Below are positions 19,295-29,349 of a stretch of 64,000 nucleotides of DNA, in pieces (position 1 is the stretch's first letter; each line of letters begins with the position of its first letter). The DNA is from an uncultured Lachnospiraceae bacterium (lineage in GTDB: Bacteria > Bacillota > Clostridia > Lachnospirales > Lachnospiraceae): NCBI GenBank assembly GCA_948964755.1, contig CAREEU010000007.1, forward strand, positions 35,417 through 99,416. The letters are read 5' to 3'. A model generated the notes under the pieces. That model made no database searches. It saw only the letters and a program-made list of their open reading frames with translations, and was not told the DNA's origin. The position numbers were made by a program, and so were the translations under genes.

Positions 19295-20011
19295 TTATCC
19301 TTTCTTCTGCTGCTTTAACCTCTTAATTTCTTCCTCTGTCAAAGCCCGATACTCTCCCTTTTTCAACATCGGATCTAACACCAGATCCCCCATTGCCAAA
19401 CGTTTCAAATACGTCACCCGCAGTCCGACTGCCTCAAACATTCGCTTTACCTGATGAAATTTCCCCTCATAAATCGTAAGTTCCACTTCCGACCTTCCCT
19501 CTCCCACACACAAAATCCGAAGAGAAGCCGGAAGAGTAACCACTCCCTCCTCCAATTCAATCCCTCTCTCAAACCATGCTGCCTGTTCTGCCCCAATCTC
19601 TCCGTCCAAAACAGCAAAATAAACCTTCCCCACATGTTTTTTAGGAGAAAGCAGCTGATGTGCCAGTTCTCCATCATTTGTAATCAATAAAAGCCCTTCT
19701 GTATCTTTATCCAATCGTCCAACAGGAAATAAATCTTTCCTCCTTTTTTCACCAATACAATCCAATACCGTTTTCTCCCGCTTATCACAAGTTGCAGAAA
19801 GAACCCCTGCCGGCTTATACAGCATATAATACTCCTGCATCACATAAGCAACACCCTTTCCCTCTACCTCTACCCGATCCTCAGCCGTTACCTTCTCTTC
19901 TGCCTTTCTGCAGATACTGCCATTCACTGCAACAAGCCCTTTCCGTATAAAATCTTTTACCTCTTTGCGGGTTCCTACCCCCATATCCGCCAAATATTTA
20001 TCCAACCGCAT
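19295..20011 (-). CDS. RsuA/RluB-family pseudouridine synthase with S4 domain
   Basis: MRLDKYLADMGVG S4 domain and GRLDKDTEGLLLITNDG catalytic motif. Start at ATG 20011 preceded by GAAAGAAGG. Confidence 0.8.
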   Translation of the reverse strand: MRLDKYLADMGVGTRKEVKDFIRKGLVAVNGSICRKAEEKVTAEDRVEVEGKGVAYVMQEYYMLYKPAGVLSATCDKREKTVLDCIGEKRRKDLFPVGRLDKDTEGLLLITNDGELAHQLLSPKKHVGKVYFAVLDGEIGAEQAAWFERGIELEEGVVTLPASLRILCVGEGRSEVELTIYEGKFHQVKRMFEAVGLRVTYLKRLAMGDLVLDPMLKKGEYRALTEEEIKRLKQQKKG

Positions 20012-20098
20012 CTGCCTGCCTTCTTTCTGCCCATAATCCCCCTCTTTCTTATCCGTTTGATTGTAACACAAAACCCAAAAACGAACAAGCCCCGGTTT

Positions 20099-20344
20099 CT
20101 ATATCCATCTCAAAAGAAATCGAACCACACCACTGCACATGGCAACTTTAAAGCCAATTTCCATCAATCGCTCACCGATCCCCGCATTAACCTGATATTG
20201 TATCCACAAATCCAAAGGCGGATCCTGATAAGGAATCCCCGCTTTTATCATAAAATAATACAAACCAATAAACAAAATAATGATACCAGCTATGATACCA
20301 GCGTTTATAACTTGACAGAAATAACCCCTTCTTTTATCTTTCAT
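20099..20344 (-). CDS. small hypothetical membrane protein
   Basis: About 81 aa with one hydrophobic helix. Weak RBS. Confidence 0.3.
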   Translation of the reverse strand: MKDKRRGYFCQVINAGIIAGIIILFIGLYYFMIKAGIPYQDPPLDLWIQYQVNAGIGERLMEIGFKVAMCSGVVRFLLRWI

Positions 20345-20391
20345 AATAAATACCCTTTCCAAAACCAAACCATTCTAAGTACGCCATCACA

Positions 20392-21417
20392 TTATCTCAT
20401 CTCTTGAAACGTCCCCGCCATTCCCCCTACAAAGCTCCACTGCCGCTGCATATAAGATTTTAACTCTGCCGTACTCTGTCTATACTCCTCCAAAATTGCT
20501 TTCGGACGATCAAAATTTTTCGCTATTGCAGAAGCAGCACAATATCCGCTTTCCATTCCCGCCGATATTCCTTCCCCCATCGGATTCAAAAACCCTGCTG
20601 CCTCTCCTGCAAAAAGAACACGCCCTACCCCATAATCCACCTCACAGCCCGGTCGAATATGCGGCATCAGCCACTGTTCTTCCCTTATCTGCCTGCTGAT
20701 TTGCAAACGATAGTTCTTCTTCATATAAGCAAGAAACCGTTCATAATAACAACGAATCAAATCTCTATTTTTAACCGCCACTCCCAGCACCAGCAGATGA
20801 TCTTTTACATTAAACCACGCATCATACTCCGAAAATTCCGGCTGCAGATAGGCATAAAAATAACACAGATCCAAATCGATACTCCCCTCATAAAATGTCT
20901 GAAACGTAGTAATATATTCTGGAACTCTTCCTATAAGCTTTCGCTTTAATACCCCTACCACCCCTTCACAATCAAGAACATATCGAGCCTGTTCTCTATC
21001 ATTCCCCTCACCATGCAGACAAACTTCTACCAATTCATCCTGTTCCCCACAAAAAAGAGCCGTCACACCGTCCCTAACCTCTGCCCCATATTCCTCTGCT
21101 TTCTTCGCCAACCATCCATCAAAATAGCTCCGCCACACATTTAACCCGTCCTGCTCAAAACAATACTCTCTTCCCCGGTCATCTGCCATAATCATTCCTC
21201 TATTTTCTACCGGAGTACACATAACAGACTCCGGCACATCTTCTCCAAAATAAGACTTTACAAGCCCTACTGCCTTCCTTATCAAAACACCCGAACAAGA
21301 CTTATACCTAGGTATTTTAAACTTCTCCACCATAAGAACACGATATCCCTTTTCCGCTAAACACTTAGCAGCCGTACACCCGGCAGGTCCTGCCCCAACC
21401 ACTATCACATCATACAT
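20392..21417 (-). CDS. FAD-dependent oxidoreductase (geranylgeranyl-reductase-like)
   Basis: MYDVIVVGAGPAGCTAA dinucleotide-binding motif. Start ATG at 21417 preceded by AGGAAGGG. Confidence 0.75.
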   Translation of the reverse strand: MYDVIVVGAGPAGCTAAKCLAEKGYRVLMVEKFKIPRYKSCSGVLIRKAVGLVKSYFGEDVPESVMCTPVENRGMIMADDRGREYCFEQDGLNVWRSYFDGWLAKKAEEYGAEVRDGVTALFCGEQDELVEVCLHGEGNDREQARYVLDCEGVVGVLKRKLIGRVPEYITTFQTFYEGSIDLDLCYFYAYLQPEFSEYDAWFNVKDHLLVLGVAVKNRDLIRCYYERFLAYMKKNYRLQISRQIREEQWLMPHIRPGCEVDYGVGRVLFAGEAAGFLNPMGEGISAGMESGYCAASAIAKNFDRPKAILEEYRQSTAELKSYMQRQWSFVGGMAGTFQEMR

Positions 21418-21549
21418 CCATATCCCTTCCTTTCTTTTGTTCTTCACAACTCGACTACTCCCACTAAAACCAAACATATCTCCTACCCAGTATACCATAA
21501 AAATCCTAATTTTAAATCCTCCAAAACATATCAAATTTTATCCCAAAGG

Positions 21550-21808
21550 GGACGCCAGAGAGTATTAAAAGCACGCTGTTCCGCTCTCCAGAAAACAGAA
21601 ACTCTAAGACTTCTGAATTTCAATGCATCCAACCGGACGGACCGGCACGCAATTCGCCTCTGCAGGAGGCTAAGCACGTGCCTTTTTCGGGCACAAGTGC
21701 CCGAAAATCCTACAGAATCGACAGAAGTCTAAGAGTTTCTAGTTTTCCTCCGAAGTCACAGCGTACTTTTAATACTCTCTGGCTATATAATTCCACAATT
21801 TACGTTTC
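21550..21808 (-). repeat. LPE-1 copy B (B-type core, alpha flank), head-to-head with copy C
   Basis: Core variant cggcacgcaattcgcctctgcaggaggctaagcacgtgcctttttcgggcacaagtgcccgaaaa. Ends ggacgccagag..ctctggct plus the flank tatataattccacaatttacgtttc. Confidence 0.85.
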
Positions 21809-22245
21809 TTTTCTTTCACGGTTGTATGGTTCTTCAATTTGCGTTTTTTCTCCTTGGTGGTTGTATGATTCTGCAATTTACGTTTCTTCCCCTTTATGGT
21901 TATATGACTCTGCAATTTATGTTTCTCCTTAGCGGTTGTATGATTCTGCAATTTACGTTTCTTCCCCTTTATGGTTATATGACTCTGCAATTTATGTTTC
22001 TCCTTAGCGGTTGTATGATTCTGCAATTTACATTTCTTCTCTTTCATGGTTGTATAATTCTGCAATTTATGTTTCTTCTTGGCGGTTGTATGATTCCGCA
22101 ATTTACGTTTCTTCTCTTTCATGGTTGTATAATTCTGCAATTTATGTTTCTTCCCCTTTGTGATTATATGACTCTGCAATTTATATTTCTTCTTGGCGGT
22201 TGTATGATTCCGCAATTTACGTTTCTTTTTCTTTGCAGATGTATA
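21795..22245. repeat. tandem array, about 12 units of 36-39 bp (AATTTAYGTTTCTTnnnCTTnnnGGTTGTATGATTCTGC), derived from the LPE-1 alpha flank
   Basis: Units alternate between two subtypes and are near-identical to one another. The first unit is continuous with the flank of copy B. Confidence 0.8.
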
Positions 22246-22365
22246 ATTTTATTTTGATAAACTCTATTCCAATAAAAGTATCTATAATAAACTCTAATCA
22301 GCTAAATCCAAAAACAAAATTATACTAACAGCAAAGATAACCTCTGCTATTGGCAAAAAATAAGA

Positions 22366-22634
22366 ACATAAATTGCGGGAATACCAGCCAGAGGGAGAAA
22401 GTAAAATGGTATCGCAGTGACTTCGGAGGAAAGTTAGAAGGTCTTAGACTTCTGTCGATTTTGTAGGATTTTCGGGCACTTGTGCCCGAAAAAGGCACGT
22501 GTTTAGCCTCCTGCAGAGGCGAATTGCGTGCCGGTCCGTCCGGTTGGATACACCGAAATTCAGAAGTCTTAGACCTTCTTACTTTCCGTAGAGCGGAACT
22601 GCGATACCATTTTACTTTCTCCCTCTGGCGTCCT
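22366..22634 (+). repeat. LPE-1 copy C (B-type core, alpha flank)
   Basis: acataaattgcgggaataccagccagag..ctctggcgtcc. Variable stem gggagaaagtaaaatggtatcgcag pairs with its own 3' arm. Confidence 0.85.
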
Positions 22635-22661
22635 CCCCCACCATCCTCCCCCACCATCTGC

Positions 22662-23636
22662 TCAATACTCCCACTCCAACCTCTTATCCTCAAAATACCG
22701 CAAAATCCAATAAGGATTCACACTCTGCTCCACATAATGCTCCGTCCGAATATAAATCCCAAGGTGCAGATGCACTGCAAAATTCCCCACTGTCCCTTCC
22801 ACCTTACTATATCCGCTGTCCCCCATAAATCCAATTAATTCTCCTGCACAAACCCTATCCCCTTCCTTCCATTCTTTTGCATAACGATAGAGATGTGCAT
22901 AATAAAAATATCCCCCATTCGGGCTGCGAATCCCAATCCGATATCCGCCCTTTTCTAACCATCCAATCCGTTCCACCACTCCATCTGTCATACTGACAAT
23001 CGGAAAATACCCCCGCTCATTATTCCCTGCCATAATATCACACCCCTCATGCACATGAGAAGCATCCCGATAAATCCGCTCACTTCCCCACCCATCGCTA
23101 TAGTAAACTTCCGCTGCCCGCAGATTCCTGCTCTTAGGCACTGGAAAATAAACAATATCCGAAATCACCGCCCGATAAGCCGCCAGCAGCTTTTCATACT
23201 CCTCCTGCTGCCGTTCCTCATACCACGCTTTACAATCCTGAAAATAGGTAACCTCTCGCATCGAATCCGGCATAGCAGCAAATCGATCCAACTGAAACTC
23301 ACTAATCCCCATCCACACCGCCAAAACCTCTTCAATAGGAATCTGATGCACCCTTTGAAATTCCTTTAAATCCGTAATTGCTTCTTCGCTCATCTGCATT
23401 TCCCGAAAATTCTCCGTCTCATAAGCACAGGCAGGAAGCCGGCATACTCCTCCACGAACCAGCAAATGATCCAATAAAATCACATTAAAAACAGCAAAAA
23501 AAATCAATACTCCAAAGAACCAATATAAACCCGTCCGATTTTTCTGCCCTTTATACCTTCTTACTGAATAAGCCTGCACCCCTATTCCTCCCCATCTATC
23601 AAAAGCTCTGTCTAAAGCATTGTATTCTGCCCCCAA
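22662..23636 (-). CDS. M23-family peptidoglycan endopeptidase (LytM-like) with N-terminal TM anchor
   Basis: C-terminal M23 motifs HEGCDI..YAHL..GDSGYS..HLH. 324 aa. Confidence 0.8.
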   Translation of the reverse strand: MGAEYNALDRAFDRWGGIGVQAYSVRRYKGQKNRTGLYWFFGVLIFFAVFNVILLDHLLVRGGVCRLPACAYETENFREMQMSEEAITDLKEFQRVHQIPIEEVLAVWMGISEFQLDRFAAMPDSMREVTYFQDCKAWYEERQQEEYEKLLAAYRAVISDIVYFPVPKSRNLRAAEVYYSDGWGSERIYRDASHVHEGCDIMAGNNERGYFPIVSMTDGVVERIGWLEKGGYRIGIRSPNGGYFYYAHLYRYAKEWKEGDRVCAGELIGFMGDSGYSKVEGTVGNFAVHLHLGIYIRTEHYVEQSVNPYWILRYFEDKRLEWEY

Positions 23637-23667
23637 AAAGAATATAACAGAAAAAACAACGGTAAAA

Positions 23668-23730
23668 AATAGAAAAAGCCGCCGATATCAGCAGAAATTT
23701 TATCTGCCGATATCAGCTGCTTTTATTTTT
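23668..23730 (-). terminator. putative rho-independent terminator downstream of the LCP gene
   Basis: Imperfect hairpin gcagctgatatcggcag / ctgctgatatcggcggc followed by a T-rich tract on the minus strand. Confidence 0.4.
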
Positions 23731-23776
23731 TATATCCTTTATCTCTTAATCTTTCTTCTAGTTCTTTCTTCTAGTT

Positions 23777-24862
23777 TTAATCCTGATTCTCTTTTTCTTT
23801 TCCTTCGTCTTCTCCGAAAATAAATCGATGCAGTTCTTCAATATTTTTTTCAAAATCTACATCTAATACCAACATGGCATTATACCAACTATTGGTATAT
23901 CCTCCGTCTACAGGAATTCGAAACTGTTCGATTTCACTAGAAAGCAGTCCCGATTCAAATGCTTTTGTTGCAATCGCCGTCATCTCTACCATATCTAAAT
24001 CTGTCGTTACATAAGGCAGTACAGTCTCCATTAAAGAAAGTAATTCCGGCAGGCTTTGATCTTTAAACTTTTCATAAATTGCATTTAATACGATTCGCTG
24101 TTTCTGCGTCCGTCCAAAATCACTGGTTGCCAAACTTACCCGATTTCTGCAGTATCCCACTACCTGACATCCGTTTAGTGTCTGTGTGGCACCCGGAATC
24201 AGATTTCGATAAGCCGGATTTGAGATAAAATTCGAGGTATTTTGAAAATTTGCTTCATCTGCATCAATATAGAGTGAAATTCCTCCCAGCTTATCAATTA
24301 CTTTTTCCAGCATATTGTAGTTAATCGCTACATAACCATCCAGTTCCAAATCAAAATTGTGAGAAAATACATCATAGACCAATTGAATTCCGCCCTTTTG
24401 ATAAGGAGTATTTAATTTATTATTGGAATACCCCGGAATCTGCACCAGCATATCCCGCATAAAAGAAGTCAGTTTGATCTCTTTATGATTGGTATCCAAT
24501 GTCACCACAATTAAAGTATCCGAAAGATTTCCTGATTCCTGATCCAACCCTAACAACAGGATATTGGTTATTCCTTCTTTCGAACGCCCATCGGTCTCTT
24601 TATCAACAATCGTTTCCAATGTAGCCTCCGGTAAATGTGTATACTCTTCTACCGGTACAGTTTCAAAATAATCTTCTTGTACCACATGATCCGATCCGTC
24701 ATCATAATTTGCCAGCGACATCAGATAATAAACATAAAAAATAACCCCCATCAGGCATAAAATAATGATTAATGCCGCAATCATAAAGACTTTATACCAT
24801 AACGGTTTTCTTGCAAAAGCCCCCTTTGATCTTCCCATCGTTCTTTCGTTCGTTCTAGCCAT
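23777..24862 (-). CDS. LytR-CpsA-Psr (LCP) family cell-wall glycopolymer transferase
   Basis: N-terminal TM segment. LCP core ..NILLLGLDQESGNLSDTLIVVTLD..LTSFMRD.. Confidence 0.85.
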   Translation of the reverse strand: MARTNERTMGRSKGAFARKPLWYKVFMIAALIIILCLMGVIFYVYYLMSLANYDDGSDHVVQEDYFETVPVEEYTHLPEATLETIVDKETDGRSKEGITNILLLGLDQESGNLSDTLIVVTLDTNHKEIKLTSFMRDMLVQIPGYSNNKLNTPYQKGGIQLVYDVFSHNFDLELDGYVAINYNMLEKVIDKLGGISLYIDADEANFQNTSNFISNPAYRNLIPGATQTLNGCQVVGYCRNRVSLATSDFGRTQKQRIVLNAIYEKFKDQSLPELLSLMETVLPYVTTDLDMVEMTAIATKAFESGLLSSEIEQFRIPVDGGYTNSWYNAMLVLDVDFEKNIEELHRFIFGEDEGKEKENQD

Positions 24863-24925
24863 ACTGTCTCCTTTTTTTCCGCCATAATTATAGCATCGTT
24901 TTTTATTCTATTCTATCACAATGTT

Positions 24926-26368
24926 CTATGATAATTTTGCAATCACTTCTATCAGATACTCCCAAACCCGTGCCGTAGAGGAAATACTTAATCGTTCCCG
25001 TGTGGTATGAATCTCTTTCATATCTGGCCCTAAAGAAATCGCATCCAGCCTTGGACATTTTTCTAAAAGAATTCCACACTCCAATCCGGCATGAATTGCC
25101 TGAACAAGCGGCTCTTTTCCATACTTTTCTCTATAAATTTCTATCATTACATTCCGCAGCTTTGAATCGGTTCGATATTCCCAAGCAGGATAATCGCCCC
25201 TTGTACGATATTCTCCGCCTAAAAATTCTGTTATATAGCATAATTGACTGCTCAGTGCTTCCTTTCTGCTCCGCACACTGCTTCGAACGGAAGCGGTAAC
25301 GGTTAAGTTCTCTTCATCTAGGGTTACGATTCCAAGATTTAAAGAGGTTTCTACTAACCCCGGAATATTCAAGCTTCGGTTCTGTACCCCGTTTGGCAGA
25401 TTTGCCAATAAATAAATTCCTTTCATTCGGGATGTTGGCTGCAGCTGTCTCTGTACAGAAGCCCCTTTTTTTATCAATTCTATCCGAAGATTTGGATCGG
25501 AACGTATATATTCCGCCTGATAAACCGCAGTACAGGTTTGAACTAAGTTTTCAAACTGTTCCGTCTCTTTTTCTTCTATTAATAAATGCAGCACACACTC
25601 TGCCGCAATTGCATTGTCCTTTTCTCCTCCCTGTATGCCGCAGATCCCATAAGAAATCTCCTGATCCAGTTCATAGAGCAGACGCCCTGCTAATTTAATG
25701 GCATTGGCACGTTCTTTATCAATCTCTGCACCGGAATGTCCGCCGGTCAGTCCGGTTATCTTTATCTGATAAGCGATTCCCTCTCCGTCTGTATACTCAA
25801 CAGGCAGGATGCAGTCTCCTCTTACTCCTCCGGCACAGCTAGTTAAAAAGATTCCCTCTTCTTCTGAATCTAAATTGATTAAATAGTCTCCCTTTAATCT
25901 GGATAGATCGATAGCGGAAGCCCCCAATAGTCCTATCTCTTCATCTACCGTCAGAACCGCTTCCAAATGCGGATGCGAAATAGAAGAATCCTCTAAAACA
26001 GCGAGAATATAAGCAACGGCAATTCCGTCATCTCCTCCTAAACTGGTGCCTTCTGCATAGATCGTGTCCCCCTCTATTCCAAGACGAAGGGCATCTTTTG
26101 TAAAATCAATGGAACAGTCTTCCTCTTTTACTGTTACCATATCCAGATGCCCCTGAAGTACAATTCCGGCATCCTGTTCCCTTCCTTTCGAAGCCTCTTT
26201 TATTATAATCACATTATTCCAATCATCCTGAATATAGGATAATCCATGTTCTTTTGCAAATGTTACACAGTAATCACTGATTGCTTTTGTATTTCCCGAA
26301 CCATGCGGGATTTTCGAAATTTCTTCAAAATAATAAAACACTCGTTCTGGTTTTAACGATTCCAGCAA
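24926..26368 (-). CDS. pepD: aminoacyl-histidine dipeptidase PepD (M20C)
   Basis: LKPERVFYYFEEISKIPHGSGN..QGHLDMV signature. Probable TTG start at 26368 preceded by AAAGGAGG. The ORF-track ATG at 26428 has no RBS. Confidence 0.8.
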   Translation of the reverse strand: MLESLKPERVFYYFEEISKIPHGSGNTKAISDYCVTFAKEHGLSYIQDDWNNVIIIKEASKGREQDAGIVLQGHLDMVTVKEEDCSIDFTKDALRLGIEGDTIYAEGTSLGGDDGIAVAYILAVLEDSSISHPHLEAVLTVDEEIGLLGASAIDLSRLKGDYLINLDSEEEGIFLTSCAGGVRGDCILPVEYTDGEGIAYQIKITGLTGGHSGAEIDKERANAIKLAGRLLYELDQEISYGICGIQGGEKDNAIAAECVLHLLIEEKETEQFENLVQTCTAVYQAEYIRSDPNLRIELIKKGASVQRQLQPTSRMKGIYLLANLPNGVQNRSLNIPGLVETSLNLGIVTLDEENLTVTASVRSSVRSRKEALSSQLCYITEFLGGEYRTRGDYPAWEYRTDSKLRNVMIEIYREKYGKEPLVQAIHAGLECGILLEKCPRLDAISLGPDMKEIHTTRERLSISSTARVWEYLIEVIAKLS

Positions 26369-26501
26369 AATAATACCTCCTTTCAAACACGCTATAGTAA
26401 TATTGACACAAAATTCAAAAAAAATCAACCTATTTTACGAATAGCCCGTTCTGTTTTTGAATACATTAACAATAAAGAATTGAAAAAAGGCAGATCGATC
26501 T

Positions 26502-27422
26502 ATGGCTGTTTTCCTGATTCTCCTGTTCCTTATGCTGCTTTCTAATCCAGAAATTACGGTACTTGGGGCAAAGACCGGTTTAAATTTATGGTTAAATTCA
26601 GTCGTTCCCTCTCTGCTCCCCTTTCTGATCTTCTCTAACCTTCTCTTTGAAGCAGATGCTGTCTCTTATTTGACTGCCCTGCTTTCTCCTCTATGCCGTC
26701 TTTTATTCGGCACCTCAAAAGATGGCAGCTTTGCTGTTATCTCCGGTTTTTTATGCGGATTCCCAATGGGAAGCAAAAGCTGCTTAGAATTGGTAAAACG
26801 TCAAAAAATAAAAAAAGAGGAAGCCGCTTATCTAGTCAGCTTCTGTAATAATGCAAGTCCTGCTTTTGTGGTAAGTTTTATCTGTCAGGGTATTTTTTAT
26901 GGTGAAAAAGAAATTTTGCTTCCGGTTCTATTCTCCTTTTACGCTGCACCACTGATCACAGGTATCCTATTCGGCTTCTTTTTTAGAAAACGGCAGAATT
27001 TTTATCTTACCGTTCCTTCCGATCCCGCTTTACATAAAAAATCTTCTGTATTTCAATTTCAATATCTCGATCATGCAATTATGAATTCGTTTCAGACCAT
27101 CGTAAGACTTGGCGGCTATATCACTTTCTTTGCTGTACTTTCTACTTTCCTTCAGTCAGCACAATGGCTTCCGATTCCACTCCGCATCTTTCTTACTGCT
27201 GTCATTGAACTGACAACAGGAGCAAGTCTATTAGGAAAACTAAATCTCTCTTTAAAATTACGGGTTATCGCCGTTTGTGCCTGCGTCTCTTTCGGCAGCC
27301 TTTCTGGTTTCGCCCAATCCTATACTCTATTAAAAGAAGGAGAAATTTCTGCAGTATACTATCTGATTGGAAAACTTATGGCATGTATCTTATGTACTAT
27401 TTTTTTAAATATTTTACTATGA
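26502..27422 (+). CDS. nucleoside-recognition (Gate) domain membrane protein, YlbJ-like
   Basis: 306 aa polytopic membrane protein. Lies next to the coaD/rsmD pair as ylbJ does in Bacillus (ylbH-ylbI-ylbJ). Confidence 0.55.
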   Translation: MAVFLILLFLMLLSNPEITVLGAKTGLNLWLNSVVPSLLPFLIFSNLLFEADAVSYLTALLSPLCRLLFGTSKDGSFAVISGFLCGFPMGSKSCLELVKRQKIKKEEAAYLVSFCNNASPAFVVSFICQGIFYGEKEILLPVLFSFYAAPLITGILFGFFFRKRQNFYLTVPSDPALHKKSSVFQFQYLDHAIMNSFQTIVRLGGYITFFAVLSTFLQSAQWLPIPLRIFLTAVIELTTGASLLGKLNLSLKLRVIAVCACVSFGSLSGFAQSYTLLKEGEISAVYYLIGKLMACILCTIFLNILL

Positions 27423-27424
27423 TT

Positions 27425-28054
27425 TTACTCATAATCTTCTGTTCTTCTTTCATAATTCTCTGCACCAGGCTCTGAAGAATTCTGTGCAGTCGGCACGGAT
27501 TCTTCCTGCGGCAGCAGCTCAGAACGATTTTCTCGAATCCGCTCATATGTGGCTACCATTAATTTCTGAAAACTGTCATACTTCATCGCCGCACTTTCCA
27601 AAGTATCTGCTATAATATTCTGTGTATCCGCAAGCATATCATCTGTATACTGAATCGCTCCCATACGGATATTGTTGGCATCCATAGTTGCCGCATCCAC
27701 AATTTCCTGTGCCTGCTGTGTCGCCATCTGCAGAATTTCATTTGCCCTTAGATAAGCCTGCTGCACCACTTCACTTTCATTAACCAGTTCATTGGTATGT
27801 GTCTTTGCATCCTGCAGAATTTTTGCTGCATCCGACTGTGCTTTTGCCAGAATCTCATCCCGATTTCGTATAATACTCTGATACTTTTTTATCTCATCTG
27901 GTGTACGCAGCTTTAACTCTGTAATTAATTCCAGAAATTGATCTTTATTTACAATAATCTTCGTATTAGATAACGGCTGCGGTTTACAGCCGTCAATAAA
28001 ATCTTCAATTTCTTCGATTAGCTGCTCGATTTTACTGGTATTATTTGTACTCAT
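27425..28054 (-). CDS. hypothetical coiled-coil protein
   Basis: 209 aa, Q/A/E-rich helical sequence with no recognisable catalytic motif. Confidence 0.35.
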   Translation of the reverse strand: MSTNNTSKIEQLIEEIEDFIDGCKPQPLSNTKIIVNKDQFLELITELKLRTPDEIKKYQSIIRNRDEILAKAQSDAAKILQDAKTHTNELVNESEVVQQAYLRANEILQMATQQAQEIVDAATMDANNIRMGAIQYTDDMLADTQNIIADTLESAAMKYDSFQKLMVATYERIRENRSELLPQEESVPTAQNSSEPGAENYERRTEDYE

Positions 28055-28069
28055 AAATAATATCTCCTT

Positions 28070-28561
28070 CTATCGAATCACTCCATATTTCTGATAGAGC
28101 CTTTCTACCACCAGTTCCGGCACAAATTTACAGATCTCCCCGCCCATTCCGGCAACCTCTTTTACTGTACTTGAACTTAAATAGGCAAATTCTAAACGAG
28201 TTGTAAGAAAAACAGTCTCTATCTTTGAATTCAATGCATGATTAATCTGTGACATCTGAAGCTCATACTCAAAATCGGTAATTGCACGAAGACCTCTTAC
28301 AATCATATTTGCCTGCGATTGTGCAGCAAAATCTACTAACAGACCATCAAAAGACTGAATTGTTACATGCTTCAAGTGCTTTGTCACTTCTTTTAACATA
28401 TTAACACGTTCTTCTACGGAAAACAATGGACTTTTTGCCTTATTATTCAATACCCCCACAATTAACTCATCCGTAATGGCAAGAGAACGCTCAATAATAT
28501 CGAGATGCCCAAATGTCACCGGATCAAAACTACCCGGATAAACTGCACGATTCATACTCAT
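28070..28561 (-). CDS. coaD: phosphopantetheine adenylyltransferase
   Basis: [18 protein letters not shown] motif. 163 aa. Confidence 0.9.
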   Translation of the reverse strand: MSMNRAVYPGSFDPVTFGHLDIIERSLAITDELIVGVLNNKAKSPLFSVEERVNMLKEVTKHLKHVTIQSFDGLLVDFAAQSQANMIVRGLRAITDFEYELQMSQINHALNSKIETVFLTTRLEFAYLSSSTVKEVAGMGGEICKFVPELVVERLYQKYGVIR

Positions 28562-28571
28562 TTCCTTTCTT

Positions 28572-29156
28572 TTATTCCTTATTTTTATTCTTTTCTTCTT
28601 CCGGTTCTTTTCTTAAAAAAATATGTTTATTCGTTTTATAGAGTTTTTCTTTTTCTACAAAAAATCCCCATTCTTCCACTCCTTTTAACTGAGTAGTAAG
28701 AGCTGCCTCTATGATCAATAACGTATCTTCTTTTATCAGCTTTGAACTGTCCAGATACTGCAGTACCTGTTCTTCATATCCTTTTCGATAAGGCGGATCC
28801 ATAAAGATCAGATCAAATTGGATTCCTCTTCCCTCTAAACGCCGAAGTGCCGTTAAAAAGTCACATTCCATCACCACTGCATCCTCTTTTAATTTTGTAA
28901 ATTCCAAATTCTCTCGAATACATGCCGCTGCCCTTTTATTATTTTCTACAAAATATGCCTCTTTTGCCCCACGGCTTAATGCCTCAATCCCGATACTGCC
29001 GCTTCCGGCAAAGAGATCCAGTACCCTGCTGCCCGCAATTTCACTCTGCAGAATATTAAATAATGTTTCTTTTATCCGATCCGTTGTCGGTCTGGTATCG
29101 GTACCATCTATTGTCTTAAGTGGAAGTCTCCTCGCTCTCCCCGCTATTACTCTCAT
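28572..29156 (-). CDS. rsmD: 16S rRNA (guanine966-N2)-methyltransferase RsmD
   Basis: [23 protein letters not shown]-binding motif and DPPY motif (FMDPPY). Confidence 0.85.
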   Translation of the reverse strand: MRVIAGRARRLPLKTIDGTDTRPTTDRIKETLFNILQSEIAGSRVLDLFAGSGSIGIEALSRGAKEAYFVENNKRAAACIRENLEFTKLKEDAVVMECDFLTALRRLEGRGIQFDLIFMDPPYRKGYEEQVLQYLDSSKLIKEDTLLIIEAALTTQLKGVEEWGFFVEKEKLYKTNKHIFLRKEPEEEKNKNKE

Positions 29157-29349
29157 TCCCTTCTCCTATCTTTCCCAAAAATAAACCGATATGATGATTA
29201 AGTATCCGATAATGATTATAACAGAAAAATAGTTCCTTACAAGTATTTTTTTTGCAAGATCTCACTTTTATTTTTTTTTAATATGATTTATACTAGAATT
29301 AATCAAAAAAATCCCCCTATTCGAGATAGAAAGGCAGGTCATAACCATT

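Noticed and set aside
21795-22245. Possible CRISPR array
   Set aside because: Units are near-identical to one another with no unique spacers. There are no cas genes. The unit is derived from the flank of the adjacent LPE-1 element.
21769-22257. ORFs on both strands through the 37-bp tandem array (148-aa Lys-rich repeat protein on minus, 143-aa hydrophobic repeat on plus)
   Set aside because: The open frames result from near-identical tandem units whose 75-bp double period keeps the frame. The minus ORF begins with TTG and has no RBS. Both strands are open, which is typical of repeat artefacts.
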